A DNA stretch of 63,257 bases, the filler included, from an uncultured Ignavibacteriales bacterium (GTDB taxonomy: Bacteria > Zixibacteria > MSB-5A5 > GN15 > JAAZOE01): assembly GCA_964611355.1 (NCBI GenBank). It is 5 parts of 5 records of this genome, joined end to end, with 100 filler letters (N's around TTAATTAATTAA, not from the genome) between each part and the next. Parts side by side here need not be neighbours in the genome. Positions count along the whole stretch, not along the records: positions 26,623 to 39,030 come from CAZSYD010000062.1; positions 39,131 to 51,281 come from CAZSYD010000063.1; 3 more parts are not named here. One strand, given 5' to 3'. Each line of letters starts with the position of its first letter. Positions within the stretch are counted from its first letter, which is position 1. Positions 29,634 through 39,308 of this stretch are shown piece by piece. The notes beneath the pieces are model-generated. The model ran no database searches. It saw only the letters and a list, made by a program, of their open reading frames with translations, and had not been told where the DNA came from. The position numbers and the translations under genes were made by a program.

Positions 29634-29699
29634 TGCGCATAGTGTGCGAGGGCATTTAGGAAAACGACAATATATTATTAGGCTCCAGGGAGAACCCGA

Positions 29700-31718
29700 A
29701 TGAGAATTACAATCTTCATCATGGTGTTTTTGTTAATGACCAGCGGCGTCATGGCGCTGGACAATCAGACAGACTTTCTGCCGCCCGGCGACAGTGCGCC
29801 TCCTATGGCATTAGATCGGATCAAAAATGCCGGTAATGCCGATGATTTCGACAGCGCCGCTTATGTTATTGTCTTCGACTCGTCTCTGAACCGGGTCAAT
29901 GATCTCGGGATAACCTATGTTGACGGTTATCTCCTGTACAAGGTATTGACCGAAGAAGGCTGTAAAAAGCTTTCCGTTGTTACTCGGGGGTACGAGCCGT
30001 TGAGCAGCTATGTTGAAATCCGCGAAGTCAACATTATCCGCGGGGATGAATCAATTCCGGTTGCGGTTGAGGATGTTCTTGACCTTCCTGCTCCGCAAAG
30101 CATGATCTACTGGGGTGACCGGATAAAAGTTTTGCAGCTTCCGCGCCTTTATGTCGGGGATGGCATCGAGATCAGGACATTTCGCAAAGGTTATTCCTAT
30201 GCGCTGCTCGATTCGGTGGCGATCCCGCCGGACAATGAACGCTATATTCCGCCGATGCCCGGACAGTATTTCGATATTGTCCTTTTTGAAGCGACGGTAC
30301 CGATTGTAAAAAAGAAATATGTTCTGCAGTTGCCGTCAAACAAGAGATTGCATTCCCGGATATACAACGGCCCGATGTTCAGCAGCACAGCTTATAACGC
30401 CGACACTACGAGCTATGCCTGGTGGGTGGAAGATATTCCGGCGTGGGAGCCGCAGAGGTATCGTCCCGATGCATCCGATATCGTCGCCAAAGTGGTAATG
30501 GCCACGGTGGAAAGCTGGGAGGCGAAAAGCCGTTGGTTTTTTGAGGTTAACGAACCGCAATTCGAGGTAACCGACGTCGTAAAAGCCAAGGTTGGCGAAA
30601 TCCTCGCCGACGCCGGTGTGGCCAACGGTACCGAGGCGGAGAAGGCGTTTGAACTTGTGCACTGGGTGGCGCAGAATATCCGCTACAGCGGCCAGACGAT
30701 GGGTGAAGGCGAAGGATTTACGCTTCATTCCGGGGCCATGATATTCGAACAGCGCAGCGGTGTGTGTAAGGATATCGCCGGCATGCTGGTTACGATGATG
30801 CGGGCCGCCGAAATGGATTCCTATGCGGCCATGACCATGGCCGGCAGCCGTATTGATGAAGTCCCGGCCGATCAGTTCAACCATTGCGTCGTGGCGCTGA
30901 AAAAAGAAGACGGCAGCTTCGTGATGTATGATCCCACCTGGGTGCCTTACAATAAAGATATCTGGAGCAAGTACGAAACGGAACAGCATTACCTTATCGG
31001 TACGCCTGAAGGGGAAGGGTTAAACCGGATACCCTACAGCCCGCCCGATGAATCGCCGTTGCGTTTGACGAGCGCCGTCAGAATCCTTGACGATGGAACT
31101 CTTGAAGGAACCTTTGAATTTAACGGCGACGGCGCTATGGACAGCCGACTGCGGGGAATGATTGACTGGTATAGCCTCGCCGAACTTGAAAATAACCTGG
31201 CCAATATGCTGCATCATATCAGCGACCGGATCGAGTTGACCGGTTATGAACATGGTGAGATTCTCGATTTCAAAAAGAGCATGTGGTGGAAAGTCGACTA
31301 CCGCATTCCGGGATATGTTCTTCCGGTTGACGGCGGTCTTGAGTTCAAAAGCCCCATGATGCAGTTTATAACAAATAGCGGGATACTCTTCAGGGCGGCG
31401 ACATACGACTGGCCGGAAAAGAGGCGAGACGACGTTTTCTTTTACACGACACAACTCATCGACGCCGATGAGACTATAAAACTGCCCAAAGGTTATCGCA
31501 TATCTGATCCGAAGGAAAGTGAAGAAATTGATGAAACCTACGCTTATTTCAAAGGCGAAAGCGAAATGACTAAAAAGGGATTGGTGATCAAGCAAAAAGT
31601 GAAAATAAAAAGGCGCCAGGTTCCGGCGGACGGCTATGACGGATTTCTCAAAGCGATTAACGAAGCCAAAGAATATGCCAAAACCGTTTTTCGGGCCGAG
31701 AAAGGGAGCGCCAAATGA
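29700..31718 (+). CDS. DUF3857 + transglutaminase-like protein, triad intact
   Basis: Signal peptide; GVCKD (Cys), FNHC (His), YDPT (Asp). Confidence 0.85.
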   Translation: MRITIFIMVFLLMTSGVMALDNQTDFLPPGDSAPPMALDRIKNAGNADDFDSAAYVIVFDSSLNRVNDLGITYVDGYLLYKVLTEEGCKKLSVVTRGYEPLSSYVEIREVNIIRGDESIPVAVEDVLDLPAPQSMIYWGDRIKVLQLPRLYVGDGIEIRTFRKGYSYALLDSVAIPPDNERYIPPMPGQYFDIVLFEATVPIVKKKYVLQLPSNKRLHSRIYNGPMFSSTAYNADTTSYAWWVEDIPAWEPQRYRPDASDIVAKVVMATVESWEAKSRWFFEVNEPQFEVTDVVKAKVGEILADAGVANGTEAEKAFELVHWVAQNIRYSGQTMGEGEGFTLHSGAMIFEQRSGVCKDIAGMLVTMMRAAEMDSYAAMTMAGSRIDEVPADQFNHCVVALKKEDGSFVMYDPTWVPYNKDIWSKYETEQHYLIGTPEGEGLNRIPYSPPDESPLRLTSAVRILDDGTLEGTFEFNGDGAMDSRLRGMIDWYSLAELENNLANMLHHISDRIELTGYEHGEILDFKKSMWWKVDYRIPGYVLPVDGGLEFKSPMMQFITNSGILFRAATYDWPEKRRDDVFFYTTQLIDADETIKLPKGYRISDPKESEEIDETYAYFKGESEMTKKGLVIKQKVKIKRRQVPADGYDGFLKAINEAKEYAKTVFRAEKGSAK

Positions 31719-33682
31719 AACCGATAAATCTAAAACTTGTTTCGACGCTTGTTATTGCTGTTGTTTTTTCGGCCACCGGCGCACAGGCACAGAAGTCGTT
31801 TGACGGCAAATATGATATACGGGAACTCATGGCCGCCGCCGAAAAAAGATTCGACCTGTCAAATGAAGACGCCGTGTTTCTGTTTGACGGCAGGGAAGTG
31901 AACTGGTATCCGGACGGCCGGCTTGAGACTATTGTCCATCGGATTATCCGGATCAATACCGAGATTGCCATTGAGCATTACGCCGATCATCGCATCCCTT
32001 ATGATGATGCTCATTGCAAGCTCGATGTGCTTGCTTTGCGTACCTGGCGCGACGGACGGTGGTGGGAAACCGGGCCGACCGGCAAGGTTGAAACCCTCCC
32101 TTTCCGGGTTCGCGAAGCTTACGATTATACCGATGTGCGGGAGATGATGCTGCTTCACGACGGTGTCGAGCTTCCCTGTATCGTTGAAGTTGCGTATTCG
32201 GTCAAAGACAAGGAACCGTTCCGCGCCGGAGCCGAAGGCTTATGGACATTCGCCCGCCGTGAACCGGCCGTCAAGTCATTGTTTTCCCTCGGCCTGCCCC
32301 GGGGCGGCAAGCTAAATATATTTGCCGCGGAGGAAGTTCCCGATCCGGTCAGGGACATAAATGAACAGTCGGGGCTTGATACCTACACTTGGGAAATGAA
32401 TCTCTTGAAAGCTATTCCATGGCCGCGCACCAATGACCCGGCCGCGTATGTCCCATATATTGTCTGGTCAACCTGGCCGGGATGGAAAGAGTACGGCAAT
32501 CATCTGAAAACCGTTTTTGAATCCGCCCCGGTATTGGATGATACACTTAAAGAATGTCTCGATTCACTTCTGGAAGAAGCCCGGACGGACGGAGAAAAAG
32601 CCGATCTAATTGTTGGCTTTGTTAACGACAGGGTCAGAATTGTAAATTATCCGGAAAGTTTTTGGTCTTCGATGCCGCGTCTGCCCGTTCGCACATACAA
32701 TACTGCGTATGGTCACCGTCTTGACCGGGCGATCCTGGCCGCCGCGTTGTTTAGAAAGGCCGGACTTGGTGCGGACCCTGTATTTATCGGAAAGAGTCAT
32801 GGAGCAATAGACGGTAACGTCCCTTCGCTTTCACGAATGGAAGGTATCGGACTCCGGCTTTCGGGTGATGATCTGGAAGCATATTACGATCCTTCGAGCG
32901 GTAAAATATCCAACGGGCCATTAATAATTTATAATCGCCCGGTATGGCGTCCCGGAGTTGACGAAAGACCGGATATTATAGTCGGTGATGCTGCGGAACA
33001 AAGCCTGATCGATGTGAGGATAACTCTTGAGTTTGATATGGAAAAAGATACTCTCACCGGAACCGGTTATCTTTATGCCGATAACTGCTTCAGTCCTTTT
33101 GACCGGATGGTGGGTCTGGAAAAAGAGACGAAAGCGTATCTTGGTTCGGTCATTTCCGGTCTGATCGAGGGGGCGCAGGTTAAGGGATATAATCTCACCC
33201 GTTTTGACCGGTTGGGAGTAATAGTCGGGTTTGAGTTTGAACTGGACAAACAGGAGCCGGATGATCTGGACAGGTTGAAGCTTGCGATAGGCGAGCCGTC
33301 CGGCGGGATAGCTGACCGCCTGCCGAGTGATATGCGGCTGTTTCATCAAAAACGCTTATCTCCGGTTTATTTGCCGGGCTTGATGAACCAGAAAGTCGAA
33401 ATCAGGCTTAACCTGAAAGGATCGGAGATTGTCTATATGCCGTCCGATCAGAGGCTGGAAAACAAGGCCGGGAAATTCAATATATCGGTAAGCCGGAAAG
33501 ACGACCGGATTATCATCAGGCGCGAGCTTAACCTGGCGAAAACGATTTATCAGCCGGACGAATGGCCTGATCTGCGAAAACTTCTTCTTGCCGATCGCCA
33601 CGAACGAAATCGAACGTTGCTCCTGAAAGCGGCTGATGGCAATAATGAAAGTAAAGAAGAAAAGGAAATCGCAGACAAGTAA
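31715..33682 (+). CDS. DUF3857/transglutaminase-like paralog, triad degenerate
   Basis: Signal peptide; same layout but GHRLD in place of GxCKD, no FNH, YYDPS retained; 4-nt overlap with upstream gene. Confidence 0.75.
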   Translation: MKPINLKLVSTLVIAVVFSATGAQAQKSFDGKYDIRELMAAAEKRFDLSNEDAVFLFDGREVNWYPDGRLETIVHRIIRINTEIAIEHYADHRIPYDDAHCKLDVLALRTWRDGRWWETGPTGKVETLPFRVREAYDYTDVREMMLLHDGVELPCIVEVAYSVKDKEPFRAGAEGLWTFARREPAVKSLFSLGLPRGGKLNIFAAEEVPDPVRDINEQSGLDTYTWEMNLLKAIPWPRTNDPAAYVPYIVWSTWPGWKEYGNHLKTVFESAPVLDDTLKECLDSLLEEARTDGEKADLIVGFVNDRVRIVNYPESFWSSMPRLPVRTYNTAYGHRLDRAILAAALFRKAGLGADPVFIGKSHGAIDGNVPSLSRMEGIGLRLSGDDLEAYYDPSSGKISNGPLIIYNRPVWRPGVDERPDIIVGDAAEQSLIDVRITLEFDMEKDTLTGTGYLYADNCFSPFDRMVGLEKETKAYLGSVISGLIEGAQVKGYNLTRFDRLGVIVGFEFELDKQEPDDLDRLKLAIGEPSGGIADRLPSDMRLFHQKRLSPVYLPGLMNQKVEIRLNLKGSEIVYMPSDQRLENKAGKFNISVSRKDDRIIIRRELNLAKTIYQPDEWPDLRKLLLADRHERNRTLLLKAADGNNESKEEKEIADK

Positions 33683-33709
33683 ATGCGTATAATTAACGTT
33701 GTTATTCGC

Positions 33710-33741
33710 GGGAGACCCGTTGCGGTCTCCCTTTTTCTTTT
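33710..33741 (+). terminator. Rho-independent terminator
   Basis: GGGAGACC-loop-GGTCTCCC followed by TTTTTCTTTT. Confidence 0.85.
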
Positions 33742-33854
33742 ATAAACGGAGCAATTGAATCCAAAAAATTAGTTGATACAATAAATAAACCGAATAATTT
33801 TATATCATAAGGGGAGAATTCCATTATGCCTGCAGCGTCATAAGGGGAAGGGCA

Positions 33855-34397
33855 ATGTTGTACGGAAAGCCGGGACATTCCGATTTGCGCCGCATCAGGC
33901 GACTGAAATTCAAAACGGGACGCGGCAAATTCGTGGCTGCCGGCCGTGTAATCGACAAGCTCACCGGCGTCGGCATCCCCGAACTGACCGTAAGAGCCTT
34001 TGATCTTGATCGCCGGTATGATGATTTGGCGGGTGTTGCCAAAACCGACGAACTTGGTTTTTTCCGCATCGAATACAACCAGTCGGATTTTGCGGCCTCC
34101 GAATATGAACCGGAGATGTATATCGACGTTCCGGGCGGTGAAAACCGGACGCTTTATACTTCGTCCCGAAGACCCGTCAAATCCGGCAATGTCGAAATCT
34201 TCAACGTCAATCTCGACGCCCGTTTTTTGCCGCCGGTATTAATTCGGCAATTGAACAGAACTCGGATGGACCCCGAAGGAATAAAGCTGGTTCTCAAAAG
34301 GCGGCGCCGCGAAAAACTGCCGGGACCGCATGCGCGAATAATGACGGATAAAAGAAAAAGGCTGATAACGCCAAAGAAACGGATGAGAAAGATATAG
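33855..34397 (+). CDS. Hypothetical protein with transthyretin/carboxypeptidase-regulatory-like beta domain
   Basis: GRVID...GIPELTVRAFDLD...DDLAG...TDELGFFRIEY pattern; very basic N- and C-termini. Confidence 0.55.
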   Translation: MLYGKPGHSDLRRIRRLKFKTGRGKFVAAGRVIDKLTGVGIPELTVRAFDLDRRYDDLAGVAKTDELGFFRIEYNQSDFAASEYEPEMYIDVPGGENRTLYTSSRRPVKSGNVEIFNVNLDARFLPPVLIRQLNRTRMDPEGIKLVLKRRRREKLPGPHARIMTDKRKRLITPKKRMRKI

Positions 34398-34405
34398 GAG
34401 CGGCT

Positions 34406-34714
34406 ATGGATACTTTTATAATGGCTATGACCGTCAATCCCAATGCCAAGAGACTTCAGCCTGCGTTGTCACACCAGGTCAATGAATCTCTCAAAGTGTT
34501 CGCCAAAAGAAACGTTGAACTCCTCAATTTTTACGCTACCATGGGTCGCTATGATTACCTGGCTATATTCAGAGCCGCCGATCAAACGGTCGCCTTTCGG
34601 GCGGCTGCCGAAATCAACAGCCAGGGTGTCCTTGATAGTGAAACCTGGCCGGTGATTCCGTACGAATCTTTTTCGCATCTGATCGAAGATATTCAGGCGA
34701 CCGGCCAGGATTAG
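34406..34714 (+). CDS. GYD-domain protein
   Basis: FYATMGRYD motif, about 100 aa, GGAG RBS. Confidence 0.85.
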   Translation: MDTFIMAMTVNPNAKRLQPALSHQVNESLKVFAKRNVELLNFYATMGRYDYLAIFRAADQTVAFRAAAEINSQGVLDSETWPVIPYESFSHLIEDIQATGQD

Positions 34715-34930
34715 CGCAAAAGGCGCGGTGAGTTTGGTGAACGTAACCAAATGATTGATTCGGACGAGTGCAGTCCGTATAGCCGTTACGCTGCGTCACG
34801 TTGCCGATGGTTTTATTTTTAATTGATTTATAATTATACATATGGCAAAATATCGGCCTGTTATGTATGATTCTCCGAATCGGCCCGCTCCATCGAAAAA
34901 AGAAAACCGGGCTTTTCACGGGATGTAAGG

Positions 34931-35323
34931 ATGAACTCATTTATTGCCGATTTGCTTTTGGTTATCCACTTCGTGTGGGCGGCCTGGATGGTGTCCGGGG
35001 TTCTTTTGTCCGTTTCCGGGTTCTGGTGGCCGCGATTCTGGAGTTGGCGGCTGTTTCGCATTACTCACTTGATCGGCTTGATCGGAACCGCAACGGTGCC
35101 GATTTGGGCCAGGGGTCTCTGCCCGTTGACTATCTGGGAATGGCAGTTGCGCGTTATTGGAGCCGGCGGCGGTGGCGACGGCAGAGTCGAATCGTTTATC
35201 ATCCACTGGATGCATGAAGTCCTTTTTATCGATCTTGATCCGGTTGTAATCTCGGTGATTATCGGGGCAGGGGCGGTGGCAACGCTGGTTATATTCATTT
35301 CTCATCCGCCGGGCCGGAGTTGA
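34931..35323 (+). CDS. DUF2784-family membrane protein
   Basis: ADLLLVIHF, CPLTIWE...LR, SFIIHW. Confidence 0.8.
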   Translation: MNSFIADLLLVIHFVWAAWMVSGVLLSVSGFWWPRFWSWRLFRITHLIGLIGTATVPIWARGLCPLTIWEWQLRVIGAGGGGDGRVESFIIHWMHEVLFIDLDPVVISVIIGAGAVATLVIFISHPPGRS

Positions 35324-35544
35324 TATATTTACGTTTTATGCTTCGATGGGGGCTTTAGCGACAAAATCTTTTTTATAGACAGATTGACCGGTTTGGGTTA
35401 TATTGAAAACAGATTGGGCTTGGCGGTGGTTATGAACGAATCTTTTTCTTCCCTGACGCTAATAACAGAGCAACGATATAATACAACGCATACTCCTAAG
35501 CCTGTTAATATACATCTTTTGCCGTAAAACGGAGGAAGATTACT

Positions 35545-38500
35545 ATGAGATTCCGGTCCGATATCTTTCGAATAAATGCCGTTTCGATTTATGCCCCTTG
35601 CGTGATTTTGATAATAACCTTCCTGACCGCCGTCCCGGCATGGGGACAGTTAACCGGCGATGATATCGCCGCGTTGAGGGAACGAGGCAGGCAGGAAGGT
35701 TGGACTTTTACCGTCAGCGAGAATCCGGCCACCAGGTATCCTCTCGAGCAGTTATGCGGGGCGGTGCGGCCGGACGACTGGCAGGAGACGGCCCGTTTCA
35801 ATTCCTGCCGGCCGACGAAGAACTTGCAGGCCTCGTTCGACTGGCGGGCGCTTAACGGATGCACGCCCATCAAAAGCCAGAGACAATGCGGGAGTTGCTG
35901 GGCTTTTGGGACCGTGGCTGCGCTCGAATGCAACATCCTGATAAAAGACGAAACAGTTATTGATTTGTCGGAGCAGTGGCTGGTAAGCTGTAATAAGGAT
36001 GGACATGGTTGTGACGGGGGCTGGTTTTGCCACGATTATTTCATGAACACAACGGATTTATGCGGCGAATCGGGCGCTGTCCTTGAGGAGGATTTCCCGT
36101 ATGCGGCGCTCGATCTTCCCTGTGATTGTCCTTATCCTCATCGCTACTGGGTTCAGGACTGGGGCTATGTTGGAGATCCGTATACTTATTATCCCGGTAT
36201 TGACGCCATGAAACAGGCTATAATGGATTATGGCCCCATTTCCGTTCTGGTCTACGCCAATGATGCCATGCATGGTTATTCAGGTGGCATTTTCAATGCC
36301 TGTGAGGAGGGCTCGACCAACCATATAGTGGCGCTGGTCGGCTGGGACGACAACCAGGGAGACAGCGGCATCTGGATTATGCGTAACTCTTGGGGTGATG
36401 GCTGGGGCGAAGGCGGCTACATGCGTATCCAATACGGATGCAATTATATTGAGGAGATGGCTGCCTACGTCGATTATAAGGCGGCCCAGAGAATCGCTTA
36501 CAACGGCAGCGAACTGACCGACCCTCTGGGCGACGGCGACGGCATACCCGAAGCGGGCGAAACGATTAATATGACCGTTATGATCGCCAATCGCGGCCCC
36601 GAAGCCGTCTATGACGTTTCAGTCGAACTTTTTATTGATGACGCCGTGTTGGCCGTCACTGATGATTCGACCTTTCTGGGCGTTATCGAATCGGGCGATT
36701 CGGTATCAAATGATGCCGATCCTTTTGAGATCCAAATCCCCGTCGATTATATATCCCGGATTGATTCGTTTTTCTTTGAGATTACCTGGAACTGCGGCGC
36801 CGGTATCGACACCATTATTATCGATACCGTGGCGGTCGAGGAATTTATCGGGGCGGTTTCGATCCTGCTGGTTGACGACGACGATAATGACAAATACGAC
36901 ACCTGTTATTGCAACAGTTTTAAGAGTTTTCGTATTCCCTACGATCTGTGGACGGTTTCGGATATGGCCAGTCCCGATTCGGCTTATTTGAGTGAGTACG
37001 ATATCGTCTTCTGGTTTACCGGCCGTTGGCGGTCCGAACCGCTCGATGGTGATAAAATCGCCGCCATGAAGGGATACATGAATACCGGTGGTAAACTGTT
37101 TTTGACCGGTCAGGGTGTTGCCGCCCAGTTAGCCGTAAGCGACCCCGACTTCTTGAGCGACTATCTGAAATCTGATTATCTGGGAACCGATTTTATTCCG
37201 GTGATGATGGCCGAACCTACCGCGCAGGTGCTTGATGTTACCGATACTGTGGCTATCTATGGGACCGGGAGTGTCGGTAATCAGACCGATCCGGATCATA
37301 TCGACGCCGTCAACGGCGGGGTGGCCGAACTGCACTATCACAACTCATCGGACGGCGCGGCGGTTTCGTATTCGGGAAGTTACCGGCTGGTTTTCTTTGG
37401 CTTCGGTTTTGAGGCGTTAACCCAGGGCGACAGCCGACGAACCGACCGGGATACCGTCTTTGTCGGAATACTTGATTTCTTCAATTTCCAGAATCCGGAC
37501 CTTTGCCCGATGGTGCTCGATATAACCGCTTCACCAGGGGAACAGCTCAATCTGATCGATCACACCCCGGAAATCGGCTGGTCCTATTATGATCCCGGGG
37601 CTTTACCACAGTCGGCTTATCATGTACAGGTGGACGATGACAGCAATTGGACTGTAATTGACATGTGGGATTACGGCCCGTTTTCCGGCCAGGATGCGTC
37701 GGTCGTTTACGCAGGCACGGAGCTTTTAGACGGCGAAAGATATCAAGTGCGGGTTCGGGTTTTTAACGGGACTTTGTGGTCAGGGTGGCGCTACCTTTCG
37801 ATACGGATGAATACGCCTCCGACGGCGCCGACCAATCTGACGCCGTGCGATATGGCCGGCACAACCGATCCCACGCCTATTCTGTTTCTGGATAATGCCA
37901 TTGACGAAAACTTCGACAATGTGACATACTCTTTTGAAGTATATAATGATTCCCAGATGACCGTTCCGGTAGCTCAAGCCGACGGCGTGCCGGAAAATTA
38001 TATGGGTACCACCGGATGGGAAGTCGATATGGTTCTGAATGACGATGAGGCTTATTTCTGGCGGGCTCTGGCCGACGACGGATATGAACCGACCGATTGG
38101 ACCGAACCGGTTGGCTTCTGGGTTAATTCCGTCAACGCCGAGCCGACGCTGTTTAATCTGGTCTCGCCGGAAAATGGCGGCGGAGGATCAAAAACGCCGA
38201 CTTTTTTATGGGAAACTTCCAACGATACTGACCTGTATGATAGCGTTGTTTATTCTCTTTATTATGCCAACAATATAGCTTTTTATCAGGCCGTCACCAT
38301 AGAGAATATCGCTGATACGCAGTATACTGCTGCTGAGCCGCTCGAAGAGAATAAGTATTACTGGAAGGTGGCGGCGAACGATCTGTTTAACGGGAGAACG
38401 GTAAGCGACAGCGTGTTCGTGTTTTATCCGATTCTCCGCGGCGACGCCAACAGCGACGGCAGTATCAATGTCGGCGACGTGGTTTTCATCTGCAACCATG

Positions 38501-38634
38501 TTTTCAATAATGGTCCCGCACCGGAAACGCCGGACGCCGGCGACGCCAACTGCGACGGCTCGACCAATATCGGCGATGCCGTGTACCTGGTTAATTATAT
38601 CTTCCACAACGGCCCTGAGCCGCAATGTCCGTAA
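35545..38634 (+). CDS. Secreted papain-like (C1A) peptidase with Ig/Fn3-like repeats and C-terminal dockerin-like domain
   Basis: QRQCGSCWAF, LSEQWLVSC, NHIVALVGW, RNSWG; tail GDANSDGSINVGD...GDANCDGSTNIGDAVYL. Confidence 0.92.
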   Translation: MRFRSDIFRINAVSIYAPCVILIITFLTAVPAWGQLTGDDIAALRERGRQEGWTFTVSENPATRYPLEQLCGAVRPDDWQETARFNSCRPTKNLQASFDWRALNGCTPIKSQRQCGSCWAFGTVAALECNILIKDETVIDLSEQWLVSCNKDGHGCDGGWFCHDYFMNTTDLCGESGAVLEEDFPYAALDLPCDCPYPHRYWVQDWGYVGDPYTYYPGIDAMKQAIMDYGPISVLVYANDAMHGYSGGIFNACEEGSTNHIVALVGWDDNQGDSGIWIMRNSWGDGWGEGGYMRIQYGCNYIEEMAAYVDYKAAQRIAYNGSELTDPLGDGDGIPEAGETINMTVMIANRGPEAVYDVSVELFIDDAVLAVTDDSTFLGVIESGDSVSNDADPFEIQIPVDYISRIDSFFFEITWNCGAGIDTIIIDTVAVEEFIGAVSILLVDDDDNDKYDTCYCNSFKSFRIPYDLWTVSDMASPDSAYLSEYDIVFWFTGRWRSEPLDGDKIAAMKGYMNTGGKLFLTGQGVAAQLAVSDPDFLSDYLKSDYLGTDFIPVMMAEPTAQVLDVTDTVAIYGTGSVGNQTDPDHIDAVNGGVAELHYHNSSDGAAVSYSGSYRLVFFGFGFEALTQGDSRRTDRDTVFVGILDFFNFQNPDLCPMVLDITASPGEQLNLIDHTPEIGWSYYDPGALPQSAYHVQVDDDSNWTVIDMWDYGPFSGQDASVVYAGTELLDGERYQVRVRVFNGTLWSGWRYLSIRMNTPPTAPTNLTPCDMAGTTDPTPILFLDNAIDENFDNVTYSFEVYNDSQMTVPVAQADGVPENYMGTTGWEVDMVLNDDEAYFWRALADDGYEPTDWTEPVGFWVNSVNAEPTLFNLVSPENGGGGSKTPTFLWETSNDTDLYDSVVYSLYYANNIAFYQAVTIENIADTQYTAAEPLEENKYYWKVAANDLFNGRTVSDSVFVFYPILRGDANSDGSINVGDVVFICNHVFNNGPAPETPDAGDANCDGSTNIGDAVYLVNYIFHNGPEPQCP

Positions 38635-38658
38635 AACTTGATGCAATGCCATTGACAA

Positions 38659-38686
38659 TCAGGGGCCGGTCCAAACCGGCCCCTGA
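38659..38686. terminator. 12-bp hairpin between convergent genes
   Basis: TCAGGGGCCGGT-CCAA-ACCGGCCCCTGA. Confidence 0.7.
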
Positions 38687-38706
38687 AAGATCGTTGATCA
38701 AAACCC

Positions 38707-38755
38707 TGTATGCCCTGAGCCTTGCGAAGGGTGGTTTCGACAACCTGACTACGAA
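38707..38755. repeat. Degenerate REP-like element
   Basis: GCCCTGAGCCTTGCGAAGGGTGGTTTCGACAA resembles the CCTGAGCTTGTCGAAGG/TTCGACAAGCTCA intergenic repeats (recognised from memory; single copy here). Confidence 0.4.
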
Positions 38756-38775
38756 ACTGCTTGGTATCAATTACA

Positions 38776-39030
38776 TCACTTCAGTATGACCATCTTTCGA
38801 GTGGCTGAGAATTGTTCGGTTTGCAGGTGATAGAAATAGATACCGCTGGCGACGCTTTGGCCGTGTGAATCTCTGCCGTCCCAGGTAATAGAATGGATTC
38901 CGGCTTCATAGGGACCGTTTATAAGCGTGGTTACCTTTTGGCCGGTGATGTTAAAGATTTCCAGCTTGACTTCGGACGGCTGCGGCAAACTGAACTCTAT
39001 CTTTGTGGTCGGGTTGAACGGGTTGGGATG
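38776..39030 (-). CDS. C-terminal FlgD-Ig/secretion-tail domain of a gene cut by the linker
   Basis: HPNPFNPTTKIEFSLPQPSEVKLEIFNITGQKV...WDGRD..GQSVASGIYFY. Confidence 0.88.
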   Translation of the reverse strand, partial: HPNPFNPTTKIEFSLPQPSEVKLEIFNITGQKVTTLINGPYEAGIHSITWDGRDSHGQSVASGIYFYHLQTEQFSATRKMVILK

Positions 39031-39130
39031 NNNNNNNNNNNNNNNNNNNNNNNNNNNNNNNNNNNNNNNNNNNNTTAATTAATTAANNNNNNNNNNNNNN
39101 NNNNNNNNNNNNNNNNNNNNNNNNNNNNNN
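39031..39130. other. Artificial contig linker
   Basis: N/TTAATTAATTAA/N. Confidence 0.99.
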
Positions 39131-39308
39131 ATACATGATATTATCCTTTGAAAACGAGGGGTATTATCTCAAGCACAGCCCGTATTCTAACAATACGAAA
39201 ATTAGTGCTGCGTGTCAAGAAGTATTTAAGATTTTACGATATATTTATCAATTATTTCCAGTGACGGAATTTGCCAGTGCGTTCAGAAAAGTCGGTTGAT
39301 TAATTAAT

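Noticed and set aside
27311..33682. Lasso-peptide cluster (POP-like isopeptidase + transglutaminase-like B protein)
   Set aside because: No asparagine-synthetase-like cyclase or RRE; the transglutaminases are large exported DUF3857 proteins
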